IMG/VR virus record: IMGVR_UViG_3300037141_000236
Span: 24,948 to 88,947 of that record
Strand: one strand, 5' to 3'
Origin: a virus
Length of the DNA: 64,000 nucleotides
Made by a program: the position numbers and the translations under genes. Positions 30,096-39,991 of this stretch are shown one piece after another (within the stretch, counting starts at the first letter, position 1; each line of letters begins with the position of its first letter). A model generated the notes under the pieces. It saw only the letters and a program-made list of their open reading frames with translations. It was not told where the DNA came from and did not search any database.

Positions 30096-30959
30096 ATGAA
30101 ACAGATAAGAGTGGGATCGGATACGATCATCAGCAGGGATATAAACCTGGAACGCTATTTAAAAGACATTCGAAAGATGCCTACAATGAATTACACTGAA
30201 GAAAGGTTAGTAATCATCGAAGCACAGAAAGGAGACCAAGCCGCTTTCGAAAAACTTATTACTGCCAACTTACGATTCGTTGTAAGCTGTGCAAAGGAAT
30301 ATCAATATCCAGGAATTGAGATCATCGATCTTATTCAGGCTGGCAATGTTGGACTTATGGAAGCGATAACCAAATTCGATCTTACCAAAGAAATCAAATT
30401 TATCTCTTATGCAGTATGGTGGATTAAAAACTCCATCATTGAATTTTTAAGAGAGAATACAAAGGCAATTCGTTTACCTTACAACCAACAAAACGAAATC
30501 CAACGTTATTTCAAAGAGAAGGATAAATTAGAGAAACAATATGAGACGACTCTCAACGCCGATCAGGTGGGGCAGTTGACTGATACTGATATCGATGTTG
30601 ATTATATCCGTCAAGCTCTGTTGTGTAATTCACATGCACAATCAATGAATGACCCAATTGGAGGAGGAGATGGTGGAGAAATTGGTATTGTTGAAGACCT
30701 AATTTCAGATCCTCACGCTAACTTTCTTGACGGCTATGATCACGCTTTCAGGAGACAGCAAGTGAGTCGTGCGTTAGGAAAGCTTTCACCAATACAAAAA
30801 CAAATCATCGTCCTTTCCTTTGGGTTGGAAGATTCAATCAGTCGTTCAAACGAAGACATTGCAGAACAATTAAAACTAACTGCAGAAAGAATCCGACAAA
30901 TCAAAAACCAAGCTGTTGCTAAACTTGGTACCCTTGATTACCTTTCCATTTGTAGGTAA
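30096..30959 (+). CDS. RNA polymerase sigma-70 factor, compact Bacteroidota SigA/RpoD type
   Basis: YLKDI, LITANLRFVVS.AK.Y, DLIQAGNVGL..A..KFD, KFISYAVWWI, IRLP, LTAERIRQIK; no region 1.1. Confidence 0.93.
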   Translation: MKQIRVGSDTIISRDINLERYLKDIRKMPTMNYTEERLVIIEAQKGDQAAFEKLITANLRFVVSCAKEYQYPGIEIIDLIQAGNVGLMEAITKFDLTKEIKFISYAVWWIKNSIIEFLRENTKAIRLPYNQQNEIQRYFKEKDKLEKQYETTLNADQVGQLTDTDIDVDYIRQALLCNSHAQSMNDPIGGGDGGEIGIVEDLISDPHANFLDGYDHAFRRQQVSRALGKLSPIQKQIIVLSFGLEDSISRSNEDIAEQLKLTAERIRQIKNQAVAKLGTLDYLSICR

Positions 30960-30982
30960 TATAAGAACATAAAATTAACGGT

Positions 30983-31012
30983 CAAAAGGGTTACTTGACG
31001 GTAACCCTTTTG
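30983..31012 (+). terminator. Rho-independent terminator
   Basis: CAAAAGGGTTAC-TTGACG-GTAACCCTTTTG. Confidence 0.8.
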
Positions 31013-31052
31013 CTTTTCCGGTCGTATATTTAGACAAACAATCAAACCACTT

Positions 31053-31976
31053 ATGAGACAAACAAAAACCACAACCCAAGTTGCCCGTGATGACAAGTAC
31101 TTAAAGTTCCTGATGGCGCTTTATTTAAAGATCAGTAAAGGTTATACCCGAATTTCGATTTCTGCCTTATGTGTAGAACATAAGGTTGATTCCGTTGTTG
31201 TACAAGCCGTCCTTGATTTGGGCTGGGTGAACAAAATGGCCAACACAATGCAATACTATTGGAGAGGTCCAATTCCAATCGAAGCAATGGCCGAACAAGT
31301 CCAATCAAAAATCACCGCGATAAAGAATACAAAGACTGTGAATGAGAGGTTTAAATCAACTCCACTCAGTGCAACCGGCAAACCGCTTATTCCCGTTGTT
31401 AAATCAACAGAGCCACAAAAAGTATTGAAGGGTGCCATTCCAAGGTATCTTGATTTCCTTGAAGCTCTTTACTTTTTGACAGCCGAAGGTAAAACCGACA
31501 TCACCATAAGTAAAATAACAGCTGAGCATAAAGTAGGCTCTTCTATTCCCGGTGCGTTGATAAAGCTTAATATTATTTCCAAAGAAAAAGACGAGACATA
31601 TAAAGGCCAAGGTCGGAAAGTGCTTTGGTCCTGGATTGGCGGGATTCCTGATGCAACGATGGCAGAACTCGTATTGAAGACAAACAATGCAGAAATCGTA
31701 TCGCAAAGTGCAAATGCAAAAAATAAGGTTATAAAGATTGCTCCTGGTATTCCCGAAAGATTCCATCACATACTAAAGAAAGATCCCAGCGTACCTGAAA
31801 TCAAAGTGGCGATCATACCAACTCCTCCTGTTGTTATTCCTGCGAAAGAATGGAATGTAAAAGTAACGCCAAGCCTTTCTGATAAAGAAAAAGCTTTGAA
31901 AAGAGAAATTGCTTTGAAACTTTTGGATCTTGGCGAATTCGAACGTGCAAACAAAATGTTAGACGAACTTCTGTAA
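31053..31976 (+). CDS. Protein with tandem duplicated ~80-aa domain (possibly winged-helix)
   Basis: YLKFLMALY...ISIS...EHKV...W.G.IP...MAE occurs twice. Confidence 0.6.
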   Translation: MRQTKTTTQVARDDKYLKFLMALYLKISKGYTRISISALCVEHKVDSVVVQAVLDLGWVNKMANTMQYYWRGPIPIEAMAEQVQSKITAIKNTKTVNERFKSTPLSATGKPLIPVVKSTEPQKVLKGAIPRYLDFLEALYFLTAEGKTDITISKITAEHKVGSSIPGALIKLNIISKEKDETYKGQGRKVLWSWIGGIPDATMAELVLKTNNAEIVSQSANAKNKVIKIAPGIPERFHHILKKDPSVPEIKVAIIPTPPVVIPAKEWNVKVTPSLSDKEKALKREIALKLLDLGEFERANKMLDELL

Positions 31977-32713
31977 ACCCTAAAACTTTATTATATGAGA
32001 GGTAAGATTGATCCTATGGAACAATACTTAGAAAAGAGGTTAAAGGATTTTGGAATTGTTTGCCCATCACCGAGAGGAAAGAAAAACGAAATGCTTTTCG
32101 AAGTTCCGAAGACTGAAGCAGAATGTGAAGATTTAATTCGTATATTATTAATCGCTCGTAGAGAGTTTAACAATTGATTTATGGCACGATTACAAAACCT
32201 AAAGCGCTGGTTAAGCAATAACTTAACCTTCTTCACAACGAACGGGAACAAACAACACCGAATTTCTCCAAGGTATATTCGCTAATTTTAGTAAATTTAC
32301 CTTATGAAACGATCGGACTATTTCTTTTTCGCTATTATGTTGACTTCAATGTTAACAGCAATGTACTTTATGCTATGGAGCGTAATGCCGTTCTGGATGC
32401 AATTCTGGTGGGTGTCTTTACTCCCATTAGTTATTATCAAAGTTTTCTTCCCAAATACCAAAGCAGGTAAATGGTTATTGTCTGACCCTTTTAATAAACC
32501 CAAAACAAAATGACAAACGCACAACAACTCGGTTACGATTACTTCTACCACTACAACGAATATTCGAAAAAGTGGTTTTGTATTCACAAAGACAGCCTTA
32601 ACAACTACACTGAAAGAAACCCCAAGCAGCCAATGAATTGGAAAGATGGATCCTCAGTTGAAGATGCTGCAGCGCATATGCTTACTGTTCTTCACACTGT
32701 AACTGCTGAATAA

Positions 32714-32968
32714 ATGATCATTTCATTTCTCTTTGGTTTGTTTGTTTCTCTTGCTGGGGTTATTGTTTATGCAGTGACCACAAGCGATAGTGAATCACAA
32801 TCCATAAAAGCATTGGAAGGTGAAAGAGATCGTTTAAAAGGTTCGCAGCAACATATGTTTGAAATGTGCGAAGACTTCAAAGAGTGTAATCAGGAATTGA
32901 AAGTCGAAAACGAAAAATTAAAAGTTAACGACCCGTATGAGAAAATGCGGAAAGAATGTGGGCTATGA
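32714..32968 (+). CDS. TM-anchored coiled-coil protein with tag
   Basis: N-terminal TM; ends DPYEKMRKECGL*. Confidence 0.6.
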   Translation: MIISFLFGLFVSLAGVIVYAVTTSDSESQSIKALEGERDRLKGSQQHMFEMCEDFKECNQELKVENEKLKVNDPYEKMRKECGL

Positions 32969-33465
32969 TTTTACTTATCTGTTCTATTATTTGGGGTATC
33001 ATCGGGTTAATCATGTCAATAGTATTTGTTGCTGACAGCGACAATACGGATGATCACAATGCCCTTGAGTGTTTTCTTATCTTCCTGTGTATTACTGCTT
33101 TTGGGATTCCTTTATTAGCAGCAGCTGGTATTCACAATATATGGATGCAGTTTAATAAGAAATCCTATAAGAAAGAAAAAGCATTAGCTGTAAAGATCAT
33201 TGATGACATGCAAAAGAAGATTGATGAATTGGAACGTGAAAAAGAAGAAGATGATAACTGTATTAAACGAATGGCTCGTGAATATCAGGATCTGAATACT
33301 GCTTACAAAAAGCTCATTCACGACGATCCCATAGAAAAGATGCGCAGAGAGATTGGTTTGGGCATTGAACCTGAAGAAGAAAAACTTACAGTAAGACCAG
33401 CAATAAAATTCACCAAGAAACGTAAAAAGAAACCAGTGTCTACTGGTTCTTCATCAACATTTTAA
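32956..33465 (+). CDS. Two-TM coiled-coil protein with sub-terminal tag
   Basis: DPIEKMRREIGL followed by a basic extension. Confidence 0.6.
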   Translation: MWAMILLICSIIWGIIGLIMSIVFVADSDNTDDHNALECFLIFLCITAFGIPLLAAAGIHNIWMQFNKKSYKKEKALAVKIIDDMQKKIDELEREKEEDDNCIKRMAREYQDLNTAYKKLIHDDPIEKMRREIGLGIEPEEEKLTVRPAIKFTKKRKKKPVSTGSSSTF

Positions 33466-33646
33466 ACAATGGTACTACTTCTCTTCATATACGGCTTTAT
33501 AGGGTTCCTCTTTTGGTTCGCCGGAATGTTCCTTCATAAGGGATTAATAGCATCTTCCTCTGCAAATAAGATTGCTTTCTTAATTTTCTGTATTATTCTT
33601 TGGTTGCCTCTATTATGTTTCGCTTTATACCGTAAAATTAAAAACC

Positions 33647-34096
33647 ATGAAGGACCTCATTCTTAGAAGCTACCAAATTGCCCATTTACGTAAATGGGAT
33701 AAACTTTATATTGCTGTCGACATTCATGACGTTACTCTAGAAGCGAATTACTCGAAGGGAATACCAACTACCTTCCTAAGTAACGCCAAAGAGGTTCTCC
33801 AACGTCTAACGCAAAGAAAAGACGCTGTATTAATACTTTATACCTGTTCCTTCCCTGCCGAAATTGAACAATACTTAGAATTCTTTAAATCTCACGGTAT
33901 TGAATTCAAACACGTCAATGAAAACCCCGACGCACCAAACACAGCCTTCGGTTGTTTTGATAAGAAGTTCTATTACAACATTCTTATTGAAGACAAAGCC
34001 GGATTCAATCACGTAAAAGATTGGGCTGAAATTGATGAAGCTTTGAATGAGATTGACAAAGCTAGTGTGGATCTCGCACTGAACGCTCCGAGATAA
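33647..34096 (+). CDS. HAD-superfamily (BT0820-like) phosphatase-like protein
   Basis: IAVDIHD, LILYTC, VNENPD, K.Y....IEDKAG. Confidence 0.7.
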   Translation: MKDLILRSYQIAHLRKWDKLYIAVDIHDVTLEANYSKGIPTTFLSNAKEVLQRLTQRKDAVLILYTCSFPAEIEQYLEFFKSHGIEFKHVNENPDAPNTAFGCFDKKFYYNILIEDKAGFNHVKDWAEIDEALNEIDKASVDLALNAPR

Positions 34097-34371
34097 ACCT
34101 TTAGAATCAACCTTCTACTCCCTTATTACCCTTCTTTTTAATAAAAACGTTTACTATTTTTAGATTCTAAACCAATCTAATTATATGAAACATTTATTAT
34201 CCCGTAACCTTCTTCTCGTATCTGCAATGGTTCTCCTTTGCATAACCATCAACTCTTGTGGTTGTGGTTGTTCGGATAAGAAAGCTGCATTAGTTATTGT
34301 ATCAGATACAACAGCTACAGCTGATACAACCGCAATTATCGTTACCACTTCAGATTCTATAAAATAAAATT

Positions 34372-34719
34372 ATGGCAAAGAAAAACAAAGTTAAAGCTAT
34401 TGAGTTTGGCGACAAAAGTAAACCTAAACGTTTTACAATCGTCTGTGGGCCTTTTGATCTTGAACATGTCACTGACGGGACACCTTGTGTTTGTAAACAA
34501 TGTGGTGCAAAATTATGGATAAGTGATTCATCCTTGCTTGCCGTTGCCGAAAAAGACCCTGACATAACAATGGAAAATTTACGTGTGCTTTGTGTTCCGT
34601 GTGGGCAAGAAGTCGTAAAGAAAGAAAACATTCAGAAAGCCAATCTAACAGCTCAGCAATTGGAAGAATTGGAAAGGTTCATGAAAGAAAAACCGAAGAC
34701 TCAAAATGGAGAATTATAA
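34372..34719 (+). CDS. Zn-finger protein
   Basis: CKQC and CVPC pairs. Confidence 0.55.
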   Translation: MAKKNKVKAIEFGDKSKPKRFTIVCGPFDLEHVTDGTPCVCKQCGAKLWISDSSLLAVAEKDPDITMENLRVLCVPCGQEVVKKENIQKANLTAQQLEELERFMKEKPKTQNGEL

Positions 34720-35218
34720 GGAGTGGACTTATATGGATAAGAGTGGTTGGAATAGAGGGCCTTGGGATAAAGAACCTGACAAAGCAATTTGGATTGACCC
34801 CACGACTGGTTATCATGTTTCCATTGTAAGGACACATACCGGAGCTTTGTGTGGTTATGTGATGGTACCGAAGTCACACAAAATGTATAAGAAAGCTTAC
34901 GATGACGTTCCTTATGAATGTCACGGCGGATTAACTTTCGGTAGAGAAAAGGAACAAGACAAAGTTCCAAATCAAACAATACAATATATGCCGATGAAAC
35001 GACTTTCATCACCTAAGAAAATGAAAGTGTTTGGTTTCGATTGCGCACACTATGGAGACTTGTCTCCCGGAATGGCTTTAAACTTTGGCAATAGAGAAGA
35101 GACATACAAAGATTGGGTTTATGTAAAGAATGAAGTAGAACAGTTGGCGTTACAGTTTTGGGGTGACGATGATACAGCTGGCGCAATTAACAAAATAAAA
35201 CAAGAGATTGGGTTATGA
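34706..35218 (+). CDS. Conserved phage protein (G.LCGYV/HGGLTF/GFDCAH family) with EIGL tag
   Basis: Motifs as named; ends AINKIKQEIGL*. Confidence 0.7.
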   Translation: MENYKEWTYMDKSGWNRGPWDKEPDKAIWIDPTTGYHVSIVRTHTGALCGYVMVPKSHKMYKKAYDDVPYECHGGLTFGREKEQDKVPNQTIQYMPMKRLSSPKKMKVFGFDCAHYGDLSPGMALNFGNREETYKDWVYVKNEVEQLALQFWGDDDTAGAINKIKQEIGL

Positions 35219-35988
35219 GCAGATTCAACATAGGTAATATGGCGCGTTTAAAATCCCCATCAAGTCTTTTGAAAGATGGTTGGGTTAAAGATGCTCTTGG
35301 AGGGTATAGTCATCCAAGCTATTGTTTGACAATTAATTCATCGATGGCAGGGGAACTGGTATATGCTCGTCTTGCATTGATTTCAAGAATTGACGATAAG
35401 CATGTTGAATTTTCGAATATTGGATACACTTGGCCTTTACGTGTAATGGAGAACTGGGAGGAAATTGGTTTGTCAGAAGAGGAACCAGAAGTAATCATTG
35501 AAGAACACCCTGCTAAAGTACATATCACCGCCAGCGTTCTAACTGAACAATCAGCTTTAGCAGAGATATTCTTTACAGACTTTCTTGGGAAACTCGATCC
35601 AATACAAAAGATAAGAGCAGCTAAGGTTCTCATTTCTGAATTTGAACCTCACAATCCCATCCTGCAAAAGCTTTGTGGCGATACAGAAATATTTAATTCT
35701 AAAGACGTCCCAAGAGGAGCCTGGATGAATAATTCCAGAGCCGTCGATACTGGGCCTTACGTTGTAGCATGTCAGAGAATGGGAAGCAGACTTACTTTTG
35801 TTAAGCTTGTTATGAACAAAACAGGTCTTGGGTTGAAAGAAGCAAAGGATGTTGTGGACAATTTGCTTTCGCCTTCTACTCATACAGTTGTTGCCTACAA
35901 TCTTTCTCTTGATTGGGCAAATGAATGGGTGGCAGATATCAATTATGAGTGTCCCGATGCAAATGCCCAGGTGGGAATTTTAATTTAA
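35215..35988 (+). CDS. Protein with C-terminal ribosomal L7/L12-CTD-like domain
   Basis: SRLTFVKLVMNKTGLGLKEAKDVVD resembles bL12 KI.VIK.VR..TGLGLKEAK.LVE. Confidence 0.65.
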   Translation: MSRFNIGNMARLKSPSSLLKDGWVKDALGGYSHPSYCLTINSSMAGELVYARLALISRIDDKHVEFSNIGYTWPLRVMENWEEIGLSEEEPEVIIEEHPAKVHITASVLTEQSALAEIFFTDFLGKLDPIQKIRAAKVLISEFEPHNPILQKLCGDTEIFNSKDVPRGAWMNNSRAVDTGPYVVACQRMGSRLTFVKLVMNKTGLGLKEAKDVVDNLLSPSTHTVVAYNLSLDWANEWVADINYECPDANAQVGILI

Positions 35989-36076
35989 ACTAACCTTCTG
36001 AGAGCTTAATTTTGTAGGCGAATGTTATTTTTACCTTTACCTTTATACAAACATTAAATCTAACAACCTTCCCAAT

Positions 36077-37210
36077 ATGTCAAATAAGTCAAATTTAAAA
36101 GGAGCTAAGAGCATTGCGCAAAAACTTGCAGTTCTTAAAACAAACGAAGAAAAAGCTGAAGCTGCAGGACAAAAACTTGCTGACAAACCAGATGTAGAAC
36201 AAATCTGGGTTGAAACAGGCAGCCAATACTTCCGCAGAGAAATCGGCCGTCACTTCAAACAACTTGATAACGCTGTATATACAGTGGAAATCACACAGAT
36301 GGGCGAATTCTATTTAGAACGTCAAGAAGAACGTTTTGATTTTCCTTACAAAGTTTACGGCCTGGAAAGCAAATTGATCCAACGTACTTTAAAGACTTAT
36401 AAAGCTACAACCGGCAATATGGGTCTTCTATTGAACGGTATCAAAGGAACAGGTAAAACTGTCACTTCAAAGATCCTGGCCAACGAATTGAATATGCCTG
36501 TCATTCTTATTTCCAAATACATTCCTGGTGCCCACTTCTTCCTGAATACCATTGAGCAGGATGTTACCATCTTCATCGATGAATACGAAAAGGTTTACGA
36601 AGAAGATTCTGAAATGCTTGCAATCATGGATGGAGCATTAAACTCCGAGCATAGACGCGTATTCTTATTGACCACAAATAAACTATATGTCAATGAGAAT
36701 CTGTTGCAACGCCCAAGTCGTATTCGTTACTTAAAGACCTTCCAGGACTTGACTCCCGAAATCACCGAAGAGATTGTTGATGATTGTTTGATTCACAAAC
36801 AATTCAAAACAGAGGTTTTAAAGTTCATCGCGAATTTAGAGATCATTACTGTTGACATTGTGAAAGCAGTTGTGAGTGAAGTAAACATTCACGAAGAGCC
36901 GCCATTGAATTTCAAGGATGTATTCAATGTGAAGAAGATCACTGGCAAGTATGATGTATCCATTGTGGACCTTACCGGTGTGTCCATTCCATTTAAAAAG
37001 AATGTAACCATCAATCCAAGAAACTTTGACGATGCCGAACAATATATCGGTTATAACTTCATGGTTGGTAACGAACACTTGGGAAGAATTACAGAAGTGT
37101 TGGATACTCATACGATCAAGATCCAACCTGCCAAAAAGAAATCGAAAGAGATTACTGTTAAATTTGAAAGTGCAGATTCCATTCACAAAAATTACGCATT
37201 TGCGTTTTAA
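36077..37210 (+). CDS. AAA+ ATPase
   Basis: Walker A GIKGTGKT, Walker B IFIDEYEK, LLTTN sensor, RPSRIRY Arg finger. Confidence 0.9.
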   Translation: MSNKSNLKGAKSIAQKLAVLKTNEEKAEAAGQKLADKPDVEQIWVETGSQYFRREIGRHFKQLDNAVYTVEITQMGEFYLERQEERFDFPYKVYGLESKLIQRTLKTYKATTGNMGLLLNGIKGTGKTVTSKILANELNMPVILISKYIPGAHFFLNTIEQDVTIFIDEYEKVYEEDSEMLAIMDGALNSEHRRVFLLTTNKLYVNENLLQRPSRIRYLKTFQDLTPEITEEIVDDCLIHKQFKTEVLKFIANLEIITVDIVKAVVSEVNIHEEPPLNFKDVFNVKKITGKYDVSIVDLTGVSIPFKKNVTINPRNFDDAEQYIGYNFMVGNEHLGRITEVLDTHTIKIQPAKKKSKEITVKFESADSIHKNYAFAF

Positions 37211-37490
37211 CAATGGGACCTTTCGAATGGATAGCACCGAAGGCTTATAATCGCTGGAGAACCTTTCGTTTAAAGCGTTATAAGAGGAAGAAAGTAAAGG
37301 AGATGAAACTCATCCCGGAGCAGCTTTACCATATTAAATTCAAAGTAAAGATTGGAGATAAAGTAAGTCCCCAGTTATGCGGCGAGTATGATATTGTAAT
37401 TCCTGCGACCGGGATTTACTTTGCTAAAATAAAGCTACAAGATCATTTAGAAAGAATGATTTCTGCGGAAGTAATAGAGTTTGATATAGT

Positions 37491-37613
37491 TCAAGATTCC
37501 TCTGAATCTTCTTCGGATTCATCTTCTTCAATGTAATCCACATCATCGCGACGTTCCACAAGGCTTTGTATACTGCAGGCAATGATAAGTAAAAATAAAA
37601 CAAGTGCTCCCAT
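37491..37613 (-). CDS. Small TM protein with acidic tail (40 aa; not in ORF track)
   Basis: MGALVLFLLIIACSIQSLVERRDDVDYIEEDESEEDSEES*; TATTTA 6 nt upstream on the - strand. Confidence 0.55.
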   Translation of the reverse strand: MGALVLFLLIIACSIQSLVERRDDVDYIEEDESEEDSEES

Positions 37614-38051
37614 TACATATAAATATTTTAAATGAGAACGAATTGTTTAATATGGTCTGTGAAGTATCGAATAAACAACCCCGGTAGTAAATTGAAAGCC
37701 GAATGGGATAGTAAGCTATGTTGGTTTCACTATTATGTTATTGATGGCGAATTTGAGATACATTGTGAGCAGAGATACGAAGGCCGTTGGACACCATTGT
37801 TTGTGCCAAAAATAAGAAAAGTCAAATTAAGAAAGAAAAACAAATGAAATTCCCCGAAGATAAAATTATTGCTGAAGTAACCATGACAGCCAAAGAAGAC
37901 GAACATGGTAATAAGCAAACTGTTTCTTTCACAACTGATAAGGTTTCTTTGTTAGACATTGATAAAGGAACCATTGTGTTAAACATTGTGGGCGATGAAG
38001 GAGTTAACATAACTGTTAAATTCACTAAACCGATGGAGGATGAAGTAGAAC

Positions 38052-38294
38052 ATGTTTAATCTCGGTGATATTGTCGTGCGAATTGATAACAGCCATCACG
38101 GAATGAGTATTGGAATGATTTCCCGTATTGTTGGTTTTGAACGAGATCAACTTAGATTACACGATTTCAATCCAGATACTTCTCATATGCCTGAAAACTT
38201 TAGACACGCAACAGATGAAGAAGCATTCGATTATCGACAAAAACATTACACAAGTACAAAATTACAAATCATGAAAGAAGTTTATGGGGAATGA
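38052..38294 (+). CDS. SH3/KOW-like small protein with tag variant
   Basis: FNLGDIV start; ends KLQIMKEVYGE*. Confidence 0.6.
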   Translation: MFNLGDIVVRIDNSHHGMSIGMISRIVGFERDQLRLHDFNPDTSHMPENFRHATDEEAFDYRQKHYTSTKLQIMKEVYGE

Positions 38295-38516
38295 ATATGA
38301 TGAAGTGATGAAAGCAATGATTGTAACGTTTGCTACTCGCTTAAAAGAAAACCCCGACGAAGTGATAGTAATTGAATCGTTCATCATTGAAGAAGGATTG
38401 AAATACTTTACTGAAACGGAACAATACGAGTTATGTCAGCTTTTATTAAACTTCACAAAGGATCACCCTGAGAAGGTTATTTTGATGACAAAGAAACAAT
38501 TTTTCGAAGACGACAA

Positions 38517-38933
38517 ATGGGAAACGATATAAAATATAAATCCGGAGATCGTGTAACAGTTAAGTTGGAAGGTATTCCAGAGTTCGAAGCAAAGATCATG
38601 GCAAAAGAACAATGGAACGCTGATCAGCATGAAAAGAATCTTAATTGGTTCCTTTCCCTTGCCGGTGTTAAACCATCAATTAAAAAATTGATTGGGATAT
38701 TACAAGATGACGATGATAATGGTGATCGTGATTTTACAATTTGGAAACCACAAGATTATGATTGTATTGATGATATCGTTTGGGATTCTTTTGTGGGCAC
38801 ACCGCCGTTCTTCAGAAGACAACATTACTTATGGACACTTGAAAAATATTTCAGACCATCATCCGGTATTATCGCAGAGGAATATAAGATAAAAAAAGAG
38901 ATTTATGGCGAAGGTACCAGACTTAAATTATAA
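38517..38933 (+). CDS. SH3/KOW-like protein with tag variant
   Basis: YKSGDRV; EEYKIKKEIYG. Confidence 0.6.
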   Translation: MGNDIKYKSGDRVTVKLEGIPEFEAKIMAKEQWNADQHEKNLNWFLSLAGVKPSIKKLIGILQDDDDNGDRDFTIWKPQDYDCIDDIVWDSFVGTPPFFRRQHYLWTLEKYFRPSSGIIAEEYKIKKEIYGEGTRLKL

Positions 38934-39300
38934 TTTCAAAGCAGGTGATATTGTAAGTATCACCCTACCCAGTATTGAAACATTTGAATCTCGCATTGTG
39001 GGATTAGATAATCAATGGGCTACAATTGGTTCTCCTTGGTATTGCGAAATACCAATTGAACTTATTCCGCGCTTGCAAGAAATACAAGACAATCAGGGCA
39101 AGAACCCTTTAATTTGGGTTCTTGGTTTAAAAGCAATGGAAAAACACGTAGTTGAAAAACGTTTTACTCTCGCTCATGGGATATTACCTTTTAAAGAAGG
39201 AATGGGCTATGCCACACTTGATGAGCAATATATCGAAGAAAGCCCTTTTGCACTGGCAGAATTTAAAATAAGAATGGAAACAGGATTGAAATTAAGATAA
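38905..39300 (+). CDS. SH3/KOW-like protein with tag
   Basis: FKAGDIV; AEFKIRMETGLKLR*. Confidence 0.6.
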   Translation: MAKVPDLNYNFKAGDIVSITLPSIETFESRIVGLDNQWATIGSPWYCEIPIELIPRLQEIQDNQGKNPLIWVLGLKAMEKHVVEKRFTLAHGILPFKEGMGYATLDEQYIEESPFALAEFKIRMETGLKLR

Positions 39301-39903
39301 ATCAAATAGGGAATCCAAAGCCTTATTAACATCCACGAATCCAACAACACCATCAACTGTGCCTTGATTACTATACTGCCAAACAGTGTAATGATCCCAT
39401 CCATGAGGAAGTGTAGGTTGATCTTCATTGGCGTACTGAGCAAGCCACAATGGAATCATCCCGAAGGTATGATCTTTAGGAAGATATTGATTAAAGAAAG
39501 GAGTATAACTATAAATCATAATGTTATGCCCTAGATCCTTCATCGTATCAATAAAACATTGAATCCATTCCCTTACAAGTTCCGGAGACAAGTTACTTTT
39601 ATTAGTTTCGATATCTAATACAGGAAGAATATCATAAGCAGGAAATTTATCGAGCGCTGCAGCAAATGCTGTTGCTTCTGCTTTGGCATCAACCATAACG
39701 CCAGGATCATTCATCTCAGCAAAGTGATAATAACCTACTTTAAGTCCCGCCGCTTTAGCATTGGTACCGTGTGATATAGCAGTTGCATCCATAAACTTGA
39801 TACCATCAGTTGATTTAATATAAACGAAAGAAAGCTCTTCAGCTTTTACTTTAGAGAAGTCAGGGTTCCCTTGCCAATGTGAAATGTCTATGCCTAATGC
39901 CAT
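39292..39903 (-). CDS. GH25 muramidase (endolysin)
   Basis: GIDISHWQG, YIKSTDG, GYYHF, VLDIE, LWLAQY, WQYS..G.V.G...VD.N; true start ATG at 39903. Confidence 0.92.
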   Translation of the reverse strand: MALGIDISHWQGNPDFSKVKAEELSFVYIKSTDGIKFMDATAISHGTNAKAAGLKVGYYHFAEMNDPGVMVDAKAEATAFAAALDKFPAYDILPVLDIETNKSNLSPELVREWIQCFIDTMKDLGHNIMIYSYTPFFNQYLPKDHTFGMIPLWLAQYANEDQPTLPHGWDHYTVWQYSNQGTVDGVVGFVDVNKALDSLFDLS

Positions 39904-39991
39904 TATGTTACCTATTTTGATCTTTAAATAGGTGTTTTTCAGCAGGTTTATAAATATAAATCGTAAATTTAGCTTATAATACACAAACACT

